Shown here piece by piece: positions 19,142 through 26,622 of a stretch of 32,000 bases of DNA. The translations under genes were made by a program, and so were the position numbers. Under the pieces are notes generated by a model. It was not told the origin of the DNA, ran no database searches, and saw only the letters and a program-made list of their open reading frames with translations. Origin of the DNA: Pseudomonas aeruginosa (GTDB lineage: Bacteria; Pseudomonadota; Gammaproteobacteria; Pseudomonadales; Pseudomonadaceae); NCBI RefSeq assembly GCF_001457615.1, contig NZ_LN831024.1:1620001-1652000 (forward strand), given 5' to 3'. Each line of letters begins with the position of its first letter. Positions within the stretch are counted from its first letter, which is position 1.

Positions 19142-19357
19142 ATGACCATCAAAGCCATCAACGTTCGTAACCAGTTCAAGGGCACCGTGAAGGAAATCAT
19201 CGAAGGGCCGGTGCTCTCCGAGATCGACGTGCAGACCGCCGCCGGGATCGTCACTTCGGTGATCACCACGCGTTCGGTGAAGGAACTGGAGCTGGCCATC
19301 GGTAGCGAAGTGATCGCCTTCGTCAAGTCCACCGAGGTATCCATCGCCAAGCTGTGA
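19142..19357 (+). CDS. ssuF: Small TOBE/Mop (molybdopterin-binding-like) domain protein SsuF
   Basis: 71 aa, MTIKAINVRNQFKGTVKEIIEGPVLSEIDVQTAAG...VIAFVKSTEVSIAKL, a typical single TOBE domain. RBS AGGAGA at 19130-19135. It is the last gene of the ssu operon. Confidence 0.85.
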   Translation: MTIKAINVRNQFKGTVKEIIEGPVLSEIDVQTAAGIVTSVITTRSVKELELAIGSEVIAFVKSTEVSIAKL

Positions 19358-19390
19358 CGCTGGCTGCGCCGCGCTTGCGGCGGCGAGAAG

Positions 19391-19422
19391 GGCGGGGACC
19401 CCGATGGGGCCCCGCCTTTTTT
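19391..19422 (+). terminator. Rho-independent terminator of the ssu operon
   Basis: The hairpin GGCGGGGACCCCGATGGGGCCCCGCC is followed by TTTTTT (19417-19422). Confidence 0.78.
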
Positions 19423-19484
19423 CGTCGCGTATCGGCAAGGCCGGCCGGTGGCGACGGCTGGCGTGGGTCGCTATGGAGCGGTCG

Positions 19485-19516
19485 GTAGGGCGAATAACCG
19501 CTCGCGGTTATCCGCC
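19485..19516. repeat. REP palindromic element
   Basis: The sequence is GTAGGGCGAATAACCGCTCGCGGTTATCCGCC, located between the convergent ssuF and HopJ-family genes. Confidence 0.8.
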
Positions 19517-19536
19517 GTGGGGGCGACCGGGACTTC

Positions 19537-19875
19537 TCAGCCCCGGCGCGACAGGGGCTGGCGCTCGAAATGCACGCCGGCCAGGCCGGTCTGTTGCAGG
19601 GCGCGGATGTTGGCGTGGTCGTCGCCTTCCGGGTTGTCGCGCACCGCACGGTAGTGCTCGCCGAAGGCCAGCAGGGTTTCCTCGAGGCTGAGGCCCTCGA
19701 GGATGGCGAAGCCCAGGGTCTTGCAGGAACCTTCGTTCTGCCCGGCCGGGTTGCTCACGCTGCCGTTGTCGAAGGCGCTCGGCGTGTAGCTGTAGTGCTC
19801 GGCGATGAACGCCAGGGTGTCGGTGAACAGGTGGTGTTCGCTGCGCAGACGCGCGCGGAAGTCGGTCAGGGTCAT
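19537..19875 (-). CDS. HopJ (HopPmaJ) family protein, function unknown
   Basis: 112 aa, FIAEHYSYTPSAFDNGSVSNPAGQNEGSCKTLGFAILEGLSLEETLLAFGEHYRAVRDNPEGDDHANIRALQQTG. This matches my recollection of the HopJ-domain pattern (NG..N..G.N.GSCK...F, HYR, G.DH.NIR). Confidence 0.65.
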   Translation of the reverse strand: MTLTDFRARLRSEHHLFTDTLAFIAEHYSYTPSAFDNGSVSNPAGQNEGSCKTLGFAILEGLSLEETLLAFGEHYRAVRDNPEGDDHANIRALQQTGLAGVHFERQPLSRRG

Positions 19876-19926
19876 CGAAACAGGCTCATGGTGTCTGGGG
19901 CAGGGTTGGCAAGGGGCCCGGTGGCC

Positions 19927-20238
19927 TCAGGCGTTGCCCTGGCTCTTGGCGAAGGCGGCCTGTTGTTCCGGGCTCGCTTCTTTCTGGTACTTGGCTTTCC
20001 ACTCGGCATAGGGCATGCCGTAGATCTCTTCGCGGGCCTGGTCATTGCTGACTTCCACCCCGAGGTCGTCGGCGGCGGCCTTGTACCACTTGGACAGGCA
20101 GTTGCGGCAGAAACCGGCGAGGTTCATCAGGTCGATGTTCTGCACGTCCTTGCGGGTCTGCAAATGATGGACCAGGGTGCGGAAGGCGGCGGCTTCGAGT
20201 TCCAGGCGTTGCTGTTCGGTGAGGTTGGCTGCGGTCAT
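19927..20238 (-). CDS. DUF1244 family protein (CxxC-containing), function unknown
   Basis: I chose the ATG at 20238-20236 (MTAANLTEQQRLELEAAAFRTLVHHLQTRKDVQNIDLMNLAGFCRNCLSKWYKAAA...). The 14-codon upstream extension in ORF 19927..20280 is not needed. Confidence 0.65.
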   Translation of the reverse strand: MTAANLTEQQRLELEAAAFRTLVHHLQTRKDVQNIDLMNLAGFCRNCLSKWYKAAADDLGVEVSNDQAREEIYGMPYAEWKAKYQKEASPEQQAAFAKSQGNA

Positions 20239-20366
20239 GGCGGTGTTTCTCGACGATGGCTCGGGGCAGGGTGAAGGCACAGGGCCAGGTCCGGCGATGA
20301 TAAGAGTTGGCGCGGCCGGCGGGCAACGCTTGTGCGCGTCTTCGCGCGGTTCGCTCGTCGGCCGCC

Positions 20367-20738
20367 TCAGCGGTGGCCGGCGAGGGTGATCGAGACCGAC
20401 TCGGCGAAGCGCAGCGCGTGCGGCTTGTCCACTTCCACCTCGGCGTAGCGCACCGCCGGGTTCTCCATCACCAGGTCGAGGATTTCCTGGGTCATCCGTT
20501 CGAGCAGGGCGAAGCGGTTCTCCTCGACGTGGCGGATGATCGCCTTGGTGATGGTGCGGTAGTTCAGCGCGTGCTCGATGTCGTTGACCTCCACGGCGTC
20601 CGCGGCCGGGTAGAGGATGGTCAGGTTGATCAGCACGTCCTGCTTGTTGAGGATTTCCTCCTCCTTGATCCCGATGAAGGTGCGCAGGCGCAGGTCCTTG
20701 ACGCGGATTCGCGCCATTCCCGGTTCCAGTCGCGGCAT
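20367..20738 (-). CDS. folX: Dihydroneopterin triphosphate 2'-epimerase FolX
   Basis: 123 aa. [31 protein letters not shown]...[28 protein letters not shown] closely parallels E. coli FolX as I remember it. The strong RBS AAGGAG lies 7 nt upstream of the ATG at 20738. Confidence 0.88.
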   Translation of the reverse strand: MPRLEPGMARIRVKDLRLRTFIGIKEEEILNKQDVLINLTILYPAADAVEVNDIEHALNYRTITKAIIRHVEENRFALLERMTQEILDLVMENPAVRYAEVEVDKPHALRFAESVSITLAGHR

Positions 20739-20739
20739 G

Positions 20740-21300
20740 TCACTTGCTCCTTCCGATCAATTGCAGAAATTCCTGGCGGGTGGTGTTCGAGTCGCGGAAC
20801 GCGCCGAGCATCACCGAGGTGAACATCTGCGAGTTCTGCTTCTCCACCCCGCGCATCATCATGCACATGTGCTGGGCCTCGATCACTACCGCCACGCCGG
20901 CGGCGCTGGTCACCTGGCGGACCGCCTCGGCGATCTGCCGGGTGAGGTTCTCCTGGATCTGCAGGCGGCGGGCGAACATGTCGACGATCCGCGCCACCTT
21001 CGACAGGCCGAGCACCTTGCCGGTGGGAATGTACGCCACATGAGCCTTGCCGATGAAGGGCAGGAGGTGGTGTTCGCACAGGGAGTACAGCTCGATGTCG
21101 CGGACGATGACCATTTCATCGTTGTCCGAGGCGAACAGCGCGCCGTTGACGATTTCCTCCAGGGTCTGGCCATAGCCGTGGCAGAGGTACTGCATGGCCT
21201 TGGCCGCGCGCTTCGGGGTGTCGAGCAGGCCTTCGCGCTGCGGGTCTTCGCCGAGACCGACGAGGATCTCCCGGTAATGCTGGGAAAGTGCTGGGTTCAT
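20740..21300 (-). CDS. folE: GTP cyclohydrolase I (FolE type)
   Basis: 186 aa from the ATG at 21300-21298 ([36 protein letters not shown]...). Catalytic block [24 protein letters not shown]. The remainder of ORF 20740..21969 is an upstream shadow over folM. Confidence 0.92.
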   Translation of the reverse strand: MNPALSQHYREILVGLGEDPQREGLLDTPKRAAKAMQYLCHGYGQTLEEIVNGALFASDNDEMVIVRDIELYSLCEHHLLPFIGKAHVAYIPTGKVLGLSKVARIVDMFARRLQIQENLTRQIAEAVRQVTSAAGVAVVIEAQHMCMMMRGVEKQNSQMFTSVMLGAFRDSNTTRQEFLQLIGRSK

Positions 21301-21317
21301 AAGGGGTCCTTGGCGCC

Positions 21318-22022
21318 TCACTTGACGTGGCGGCCGCCGTTCACGGTCAGGGTGGTCCCGGTGACGTAGGGGTTGTCCAACAGGTAGCGAAGGCTCTGGT
21401 AGATGACTTCCGGCCCCGGTTCGATGCCGAGGGCGGATTTCGCCAGGGTGCGGGCGCGGTATTCGGCGTCGTCCCCGTCGTTGAACATCACCAGCGCCGG
21501 TGAAATGGCGTTGACCTTGATCCTCGGCGCGAAGCGCGCGGCGAACGACAGGGTCAGGTTGTCCAGCCCGGCCTTGCTCGCGCAGTAGGCGATACGCCGG
21601 GCGCTGCCCTTGCGCGCCACGTCGTCGGTGAGGTGAACGATGTCGGCAGGCTGCGAGCGTTCCAGCAGCTCGGCGCAGTGCAGGTTGATCAGGTAGGGCG
21701 CGAGCATGTGCACGCTGAACAGTTGCTGGAACGCCTCGGCTTCGTGGCCGGGCGTCTCGGCGACCCAGTCCGAGGCGTTGTGGACGATCGCTCGCAGGCT
21801 GTCGGTATGCTGTCGGAGGGCCCCGATGAAGGCGAAGATGCCGGCCTCGCTGGCGAAGTCGGCGTGCAGGGTCAGCGCGCCGGCCTGGCGCAGTTCGTCC
21901 AGCGCCGGGCGTTCGCTGCGGTAGCTGACGATCACCGACTCGCCGTCGGCCAGCAGGCGGCGGGCGCAATGCAGGCCGACACGCTGGCTGGCGCCGGTGA
22001 TCAGGATCGGGGCTGTCGCCAT
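21318..22022 (-). CDS. folM: Short-chain dehydrogenase/reductase, FolM-type dihydromonapterin/dihydrofolate reductase
   Basis: Start ATG at 22022-22020 ([23 protein letters not shown]...). SDR motifs TGASQRVG and YCASKAG (YxxxK). It sits immediately upstream of folE-folX. Confidence 0.8.
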   Translation of the reverse strand: MATAPILITGASQRVGLHCARRLLADGESVIVSYRSERPALDELRQAGALTLHADFASEAGIFAFIGALRQHTDSLRAIVHNASDWVAETPGHEAEAFQQLFSVHMLAPYLINLHCAELLERSQPADIVHLTDDVARKGSARRIAYCASKAGLDNLTLSFAARFAPRIKVNAISPALVMFNDGDDAEYRARTLAKSALGIEPGPEVIYQSLRYLLDNPYVTGTTLTVNGGRHVK

Positions 22023-22132
22023 GGGACTCTCACAGCAGGCGAAGGGAATCGGATGGATGCAGGGTACCCGACTGAGCCAGTCGGGCAAAGCCTTGCGCTA
22101 CGGCCCACCCCGCCGGGGTGGGCGGCAAGCCG

Positions 22133-22690
22133 TCAGTGCGCTTCCGGCAGGCTGGCGGCGCGCTGCGGGCGGCGGTGCAGCCAGGGGGCGAGCAGGCGGC
22201 TGGAGAGGGGGATGAACCAGTAGGTCATCAACGGGGTGAGGACCAGGGTGCTGAGCAGCACCCGCGCGGCCAGCGACAGCTCGCCGAGGTAGGGGCCGGC
22301 GCCGAGGTTGAAGGCCAGCGAGACCGGGAAGAACGCCAGCCAGATCGCCACGCTCTGCTTCCAGCGCGGCGGTTTGCGGTTGTCGTCGAACCAGGCGGCG
22401 AGGCCGTGGGCGCGGTGCTCGCGCGGTTCGTCGAAGAGTCCCTGGCCGCGTTCGAGCCAGGCCTGGCGCGAGGCGGAGTGGGCCCAGGCGGCGAGGGTGG
22501 CGTCGTCGGCGAAGCGAAAGATCATCTGGAATTCGTCTCCGCCAGCGGGCGGCGCCAGCGCCCCGGAGCCGAGGTAGCCGGGGAAGTCGGCGGCGAGGGC
22601 TTCGCCTTCGCGCTGCCAGGCGAGGAAGTCGCGGTAACGGCCGGCGGCGACGCGGCGGGCCACCAGCAGGGTAACGGGAGCGGTAGACAT
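22133..22690 (-). CDS. ABM (antibiotic-biosynthesis-monooxygenase-like) domain protein with C-terminal transmembrane segments, function unknown
   Basis: Start ATG at 22690-22688 (MSTAPVTLLVARRVAAGRYRDFLAWQREGEALAADFPGYLGSG...FQMIFRFADDATLAAWAHS). The hydrophobic tail reads WKQSVAIWLAFFPVSLAFNLGAGPYLGELSLAARVLLSTLVLTPLMTYWFIPL. Confidence 0.65.
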   Translation of the reverse strand: MSTAPVTLLVARRVAAGRYRDFLAWQREGEALAADFPGYLGSGALAPPAGGDEFQMIFRFADDATLAAWAHSASRQAWLERGQGLFDEPREHRAHGLAAWFDDNRKPPRWKQSVAIWLAFFPVSLAFNLGAGPYLGELSLAARVLLSTLVLTPLMTYWFIPLSSRLLAPWLHRRPQRAASLPEAH

Positions 22691-22969
22691 CGTGTATCTC
22701 CTGGAACGGTTGAGCGCGCTTCGTGGGCGCCCTCGGACAACGGCGCAGCGCCGGGGGTGGTGGGCTGCGTCGGAGGACAGGCAAGGATCGTTCCCGCCGT
22801 GGTGGCGAAGGTTCGCTGCCGTGTCTACGGCAGCGCGATGACATCCCGATGACAGGGCGCGCACCGAAATGGTGCTTTTGTGGCCTGTCTGCATTGATTC
22901 GGTGCGTCCCGCTCGGCGAACGCATGCGGCATAATGCCCGGCTTACCCCTGTTGGCTTACGGAGTGTTC

Positions 22970-23422
22970 ATGAAAGTCGCCATTCTCTCCGGCTCGGTCT
23001 ACGGCACCGCCGAAGAAGTCGCCCGGCACGCCCAGAAATTGCTGTCCGCGGCCGGCCTCGAGGCCTCCCATCTGCCTCGCGCCAGCCTCGACGAACTCAA
23101 GGCCTTCGCCCCCGAGGCATTCCTGGTGGTGACCTCGACCACCGGCATGGGCGAACTGCCGGACAACCTGCAACCGCTGTACTACGCGATCCGCGACCAA
23201 CTGCCGGCCTGGCACGGCCTGCCGGGCGGGGTCATCGGCCTGGGCGATTCGAGCTACGGCGACACGTTCTGCGGTGGCGGCGAGCAGGTTCGCGAACTGT
23301 TCGGCGAACTGGGCGTGCGCGAAGTGCTGCCGATGCTGCGCCTGGATGCCAGCGAAACCGTTACCCCCGAGACCGACGCCGAGCCTTGGCTGGCCGAGTT
23401 CGCCGCCGCCCTCAAGGGCTGA
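22970..23422 (+). CDS. Short-chain flavodoxin (MioC-like)
   Basis: Start ATG at 22970, with GGAG at 22961-22964. MKVAILSGSVYGTAEEVARHA...LVVTSTTGMGELPDN...GVIGLGDSSYGDTFCGGG gives the flavodoxin FMN-binding loops. Confidence 0.85.
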   Translation: MKVAILSGSVYGTAEEVARHAQKLLSAAGLEASHLPRASLDELKAFAPEAFLVVTSTTGMGELPDNLQPLYYAIRDQLPAWHGLPGGVIGLGDSSYGDTFCGGGEQVRELFGELGVREVLPMLRLDASETVTPETDAEPWLAEFAAALKG

Positions 23423-23430
23423 TCCCGGGC

Positions 23431-23670
23431 CTGCCCCGCCGAGGTGGCGGATAACCGCGTGGCGGTTATTCGCCCTGCACGGGGAGGGAGCAAGCGGTAG
23501 GGCGAATAACGCCCCAGGCGTCATCCGCCGAAACGCCTGCCGAGGTGGCGGATAACCGCGTAGCGGTTATTCGCCCTACACGGGGAGGGAGCAAGCGGTA
23601 GGGCGAATAACGCCCCCAGGCGTTATCCGCCGTAGCCTCTGCCGAGCTGGCGGTTATTCGTCCTACGCCG
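23431..23670. repeat. REP array: about 101-bp higher-order unit (an inverted pair of REPs plus spacer) repeated about 2.3 times
   Basis: GCCGAGGTGGCGG recurs at 23438 and 23539, and a diverged copy (GCCGAGCTGGCGG) occurs at 23641. Each full unit is GGCGGATAACCGCGTnGCGGTTATTCGCCCTnC, then ACGGGGAGGGAGCAAGCG, then GTAGGGCGAATAACGCCCC(C)AGGCGTnATCCGCC. The last copy is a half-REP. Confidence 0.85.
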
Positions 23671-24556
23671 GGCTTTCCTCCAGCGGCTGCTCGCGCAGCA
23701 GCTCCAGCCAGGCCTGCGCCGCCCGCGACAGGTAGCCGCCACGGCGCCAGATGAAGGCGATGTCCCAGCGCAGGTCCGGCTCCCTGAGCAGGACCCGCAC
23801 CACTCCCGGGCGTTCGATCTCGCGAGCGATCACCCGTGGTAGCAGCACCACTCCCTGGTTGGCCGCCACCAGCGCGCCGAGGAAGTCGGCCTGGCCGCTG
23901 CGGCCGCCTTCGCGCGGGCTGAAGCCGGCCTCCAGGCAGGCGCGCAGCAGGCGGTCGTTGAGGGTGAAGCTCTGCTGGTAGAGCAGGAACGGGCTGTCCG
24001 CCAGTTCGCCGAGGGCGACGCTGGCGGCAGCGGCCTTGGGATGCCCGGCCGGCAGCAGCACGTCCAGCGGTTCGTTGCAGAACGGCTGGTAGTCGAAGCC
24101 GTCGTCCGCCGGGGTGAGGCTGCCGGCCAGTTCCAGCTCGCCGGCCAGCACCGCCTGCTCCATGGTCTTGCTGCCGCCTTCCACCAGGTGCACGGCGATG
24201 TTCGGATAGCGCCGCCGGTATTCGGCGAAGCGTTGGGCGAACAGCGCGTCGGCGCCGAGCAACGGCAGGCCCAGGCGCAGTTCGCCGCGGTTGAGCTGGC
24301 TGAGGTCGTCCAGTTCGCTGAGCAGGTCGCGGCGCAGTCGCAGCATCTCCTCGGCGCGGCGAAACACCACGGCGCCGGCGTCGGTCAGGCGCACGTGCGG
24401 CCCGTTGCGTTCCAATACCTGCACGCCAAGGCTCTGCTCCAGTTGGGCGACCTGCTTGCTGATGGTCGACTGGCTGGCGTGGCGGACCTGCGCCGCCTGG
24501 GTGAAGCTGCCCTGGCGGACCACTTCGACGAAGCTGCGGAGTTGACGGAATTCCAT
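23663..24556 (-). CDS. LysR-family transcriptional regulator (divergent from lrgAB-like genes; CidR-like by context)
   Basis: 297 aa. N-terminal HTH MEFRQLRSFVEVVRQGSFTQAAQVRHASQSTISKQVAQLEQSLGVQVLERNG, followed by a LysR substrate-binding domain. Confidence 0.9.
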   Translation of the reverse strand: MEFRQLRSFVEVVRQGSFTQAAQVRHASQSTISKQVAQLEQSLGVQVLERNGPHVRLTDAGAVVFRRAEEMLRLRRDLLSELDDLSQLNRGELRLGLPLLGADALFAQRFAEYRRRYPNIAVHLVEGGSKTMEQAVLAGELELAGSLTPADDGFDYQPFCNEPLDVLLPAGHPKAAAASVALGELADSPFLLYQQSFTLNDRLLRACLEAGFSPREGGRSGQADFLGALVAANQGVVLLPRVIAREIERPGVVRVLLREPDLRWDIAFIWRRGGYLSRAAQAWLELLREQPLEESPA

Positions 24557-24651
24557 TCTGGAATGGCTCTCATGCGGACAATTCGCTTTGGGGATGATAG
24601 GCCGGGCCTTATCCTTTCTCCATCCCCGATTTCCCAGCCAAGGCCTTTCCC

Positions 24652-25041
24652 ATGTTGCCCCCGCTCGTCCGCCGTCTGTCCCGCCTTGCCGCCGAACTGG
24701 CGGTACTCATCGCCTTCTGGTGGGCTGGCGGCTGGCTGGCGAAGGCCATCGGCCTGCCGCTGCCGGGCGGGGTGGTCGGCCTGGCGGCGCTGTTGCTGCT
24801 GTTCGCCAGCGGCCTGCTGCGTCCGGCCTGGCTGCAGGCCGGCGCCGGCCTGTTGCTGGCGGAGATGTTGCTGTTCTTCATCCCGGCGCTGATGAGCCTG
24901 CTCGACTACGGCGCGCTGCTACGCAGCGAGGGCTGGCGCATCCTCCTGGTGATCATGCTCAGCACCCTGCTGGTGATGCTGGTCACCGCGGTGTCGGTGG
25001 AGTGGATGTGCCGCTGGAGGGCGCGCCATGAGTCTCGATAA
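24652..25041 (+). CDS. LrgA/CidA family membrane protein
   Basis: 129 aa with four hydrophobic segments (LAAELAVLIAFWWAGGWLAKAIGLPLPGGVVGLAALLLLF...EMLLFFIPALMSLL). It overlaps the next gene by 14 nt. Confidence 0.85.
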   Translation: MLPPLVRRLSRLAAELAVLIAFWWAGGWLAKAIGLPLPGGVVGLAALLLLFASGLLRPAWLQAGAGLLLAEMLLFFIPALMSLLDYGALLRSEGWRILLVIMLSTLLVMLVTAVSVEWMCRWRARHESR

Positions 25042-25714
25042 GCAAGCCCTGTTCTGGTTGGCGGCGACCGTCGGCGGCTACCTGCTGAGCCGCCAGCTGT
25101 ACCGCCGGGTGAAGTGGTACTGGCTGTCGCCCATCGTGTTCGTCCCGGTGCTGCTCTACGCCCTGGCGATTCCCACCCATACCCGCTACGCCGACTACGC
25201 CCGCGACACCAATTGGCTGGTGGCGCTGCTCGGTCCGGCGACGGTGGCCTTCGCCATCCCGATCTGGCAGCAGCGCGAGCTGCTGATGCGCCACTGGCCG
25301 GCGCTGCTGGCCGGGATGTTCGCCGGCACCGCGGTGGCCATCGGCAGCTCCTGGGCGCTGGCCCAGGCCCTGGCGCTGGACGGCCAGGTCACGCTGTCGT
25401 TGCTGCCGCGCTCGATCACCACGCCGTTCGCCATGGAGATGTCCCACGACCTGGGTGGCGTGCCGGAACTGACCGCCGCCTTCGTGATGATCACCGGGGT
25501 GTTCGGCGCGGTGATCGGCGGCACCCTGCTGCGCGTCCTGCGCTTGCGCACGCCGCTGGCCCGCGGCGCGCTGTTCGGCGTCGGCGCGCACGGCGCCGGC
25601 ACCAGTCGGGCCTACGAGTTCGGCGGCGAGGAAGGTTCGGCGGCCGGTCTGCTGATGGTTCTCACCGGGCTGTTCAACCTGCTGGTCGCGCCCCTGGTCG
25701 CCCACTGCCTGTAG
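25028..25714 (+). CDS. LrgB/CidB family membrane protein
   Basis: 228 aa. LLPRSITTPFAMEMS and GVGAHGAGTSRAYE are blocks typical of LrgB-like proteins. Confidence 0.85.
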   Translation: MSLDKQALFWLAATVGGYLLSRQLYRRVKWYWLSPIVFVPVLLYALAIPTHTRYADYARDTNWLVALLGPATVAFAIPIWQQRELLMRHWPALLAGMFAGTAVAIGSSWALAQALALDGQVTLSLLPRSITTPFAMEMSHDLGGVPELTAAFVMITGVFGAVIGGTLLRVLRLRTPLARGALFGVGAHGAGTSRAYEFGGEEGSAAGLLMVLTGLFNLLVAPLVAHCL

Positions 25715-25842
25715 CCTGCGCGCATAGGCCGGCTGAATCCTCCGCCATTCAGCCGGCGCGCGAGTGTAAGCCCGGCGACAGTCGCCGGAGGAGGGCGGGG
25801 CTAGACTGCGGGCATCCGATAACGACAAAAGAGGATGCCGCC

Positions 25843-26622
25843 GTGACCGCCGTTCACTCCCTGCCCGCCGATGTGCAAGCCCAGGTCTCCGCCGCCGAAT
25901 GGCAGACCCGCGTCGATCTCGCTGCCTGCTACCGGCTGGTCGCCCTGCACGGTTGGGACGACCTGATCTTCACCCACATCTCGGCCAAGGTGCCGGGCAC
26001 CGAGGACTTCCTGATCAACCCGTTCGGCCTGATGTTCCACGAGATCACCGCCTCCAGCCTGGTGAAGGTGGATGCCAGCGGCAAGAAGCTGATGGACAGC
26101 CCCTACGAGATCAACCCGGCCGGCTACACCATCCATAGCGCGGTGCACGAGGTCCGCCACGACGTCGAGTGCGTGCTGCACACCCATACCGCCGCGGGGA
26201 TCGCGGTGTCCTGCCAGAAGCAGGGCCTGTTGCCGCTGTCGCAGCAATCGTTGTTCGTGCTCTCCAGCCTGTCCTACCACGCCTACGAGGGCGTCGCCCT
26301 GAACCATGAGGAAAAGGCCCGCCTGCAGGCCGACCTGGGGGCCAGCAATTTCCTGATCCTGCCCAACCACGGCCTGCTCACCTGCGGCGGTTCCATCGCC
26401 GATACCTTCCTCATGATGTTCACCCTGCAACGCGCCTGCGAGGTACAGGTGATGGCGCAGAGCGGCGGCGCCGAGCTGATCCACATCCCGGGGCAGATCC
26501 TCGCCGGCGCGCGCGACATGATCGCCGGGGTGATGCGCAGCAAGACCGGCATGGGCGGCCAGCTCGCCTGGCCGGCGCTGCTGCGCAAGCTCGACCAGCA
26601 GAACCCGGGCTACCGCCAGTGA
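25843..26622 (+). CDS. Class II aldolase/adducin N-terminal domain protein
   Basis: The in-frame GTG at 25843 is preceded by AAAAGAGGA (25827-25835). The ATG at 25835 is out of frame. Motifs: DLIFTHISAKVPG, ECVLHTHTAAGIAVSC (metal-binding His cluster), LILPNHGLLTCGGSIADTF. Confidence 0.8.
   Translation: MTAVHSLPADVQAQVSAAEWQTRVDLAACYRLVALHGWDDLIFTHISAKVPGTEDFLINPFGLMFHEITASSLVKVDASGKKLMDSPYEINPAGYTIHSAVHEVRHDVECVLHTHTAAGIAVSCQKQGLLPLSQQSLFVLSSLSYHAYEGVALNHEEKARLQADLGASNFLILPNHGLLTCGGSIADTFLMMFTLQRACEVQVMAQSGGAELIHIPGQILAGARDMIAGVMRSKTGMGGQLAWPALLRKLDQQNPGYRQ

Noticed and set aside
19537-19875. The HopJ-family gene as evidence of a type III effector or horizontally acquired virulence island.
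   Set aside because: Its composition and codon style match the flanking core genes. There are no flanking mobility genes, tRNA, direct repeats or hrp-box-like promoter. The family name comes from one plant-pathogen member, and the domain is widespread in non-T3SS contexts as far as I recall.
23431-23670. The tandem repeat as a possible CRISPR array.
   Set aside because: The period is about 101 bp and each unit is itself two palindromic REPs. The sequence between the REPs is the same in both units, so there are no variable spacers. No cas genes or leader are present, and the same palindrome occurs as single copies elsewhere in the window.
24652-25714. The lrgA/lrgB pair as a phage holin/lysis cassette or prophage remnant.
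   Set aside because: No endolysin, spanin, integrase or any other phage gene lies nearby. The pair has a dedicated LysR regulator and a native composition, which fits a chromosomal LrgAB-type module.
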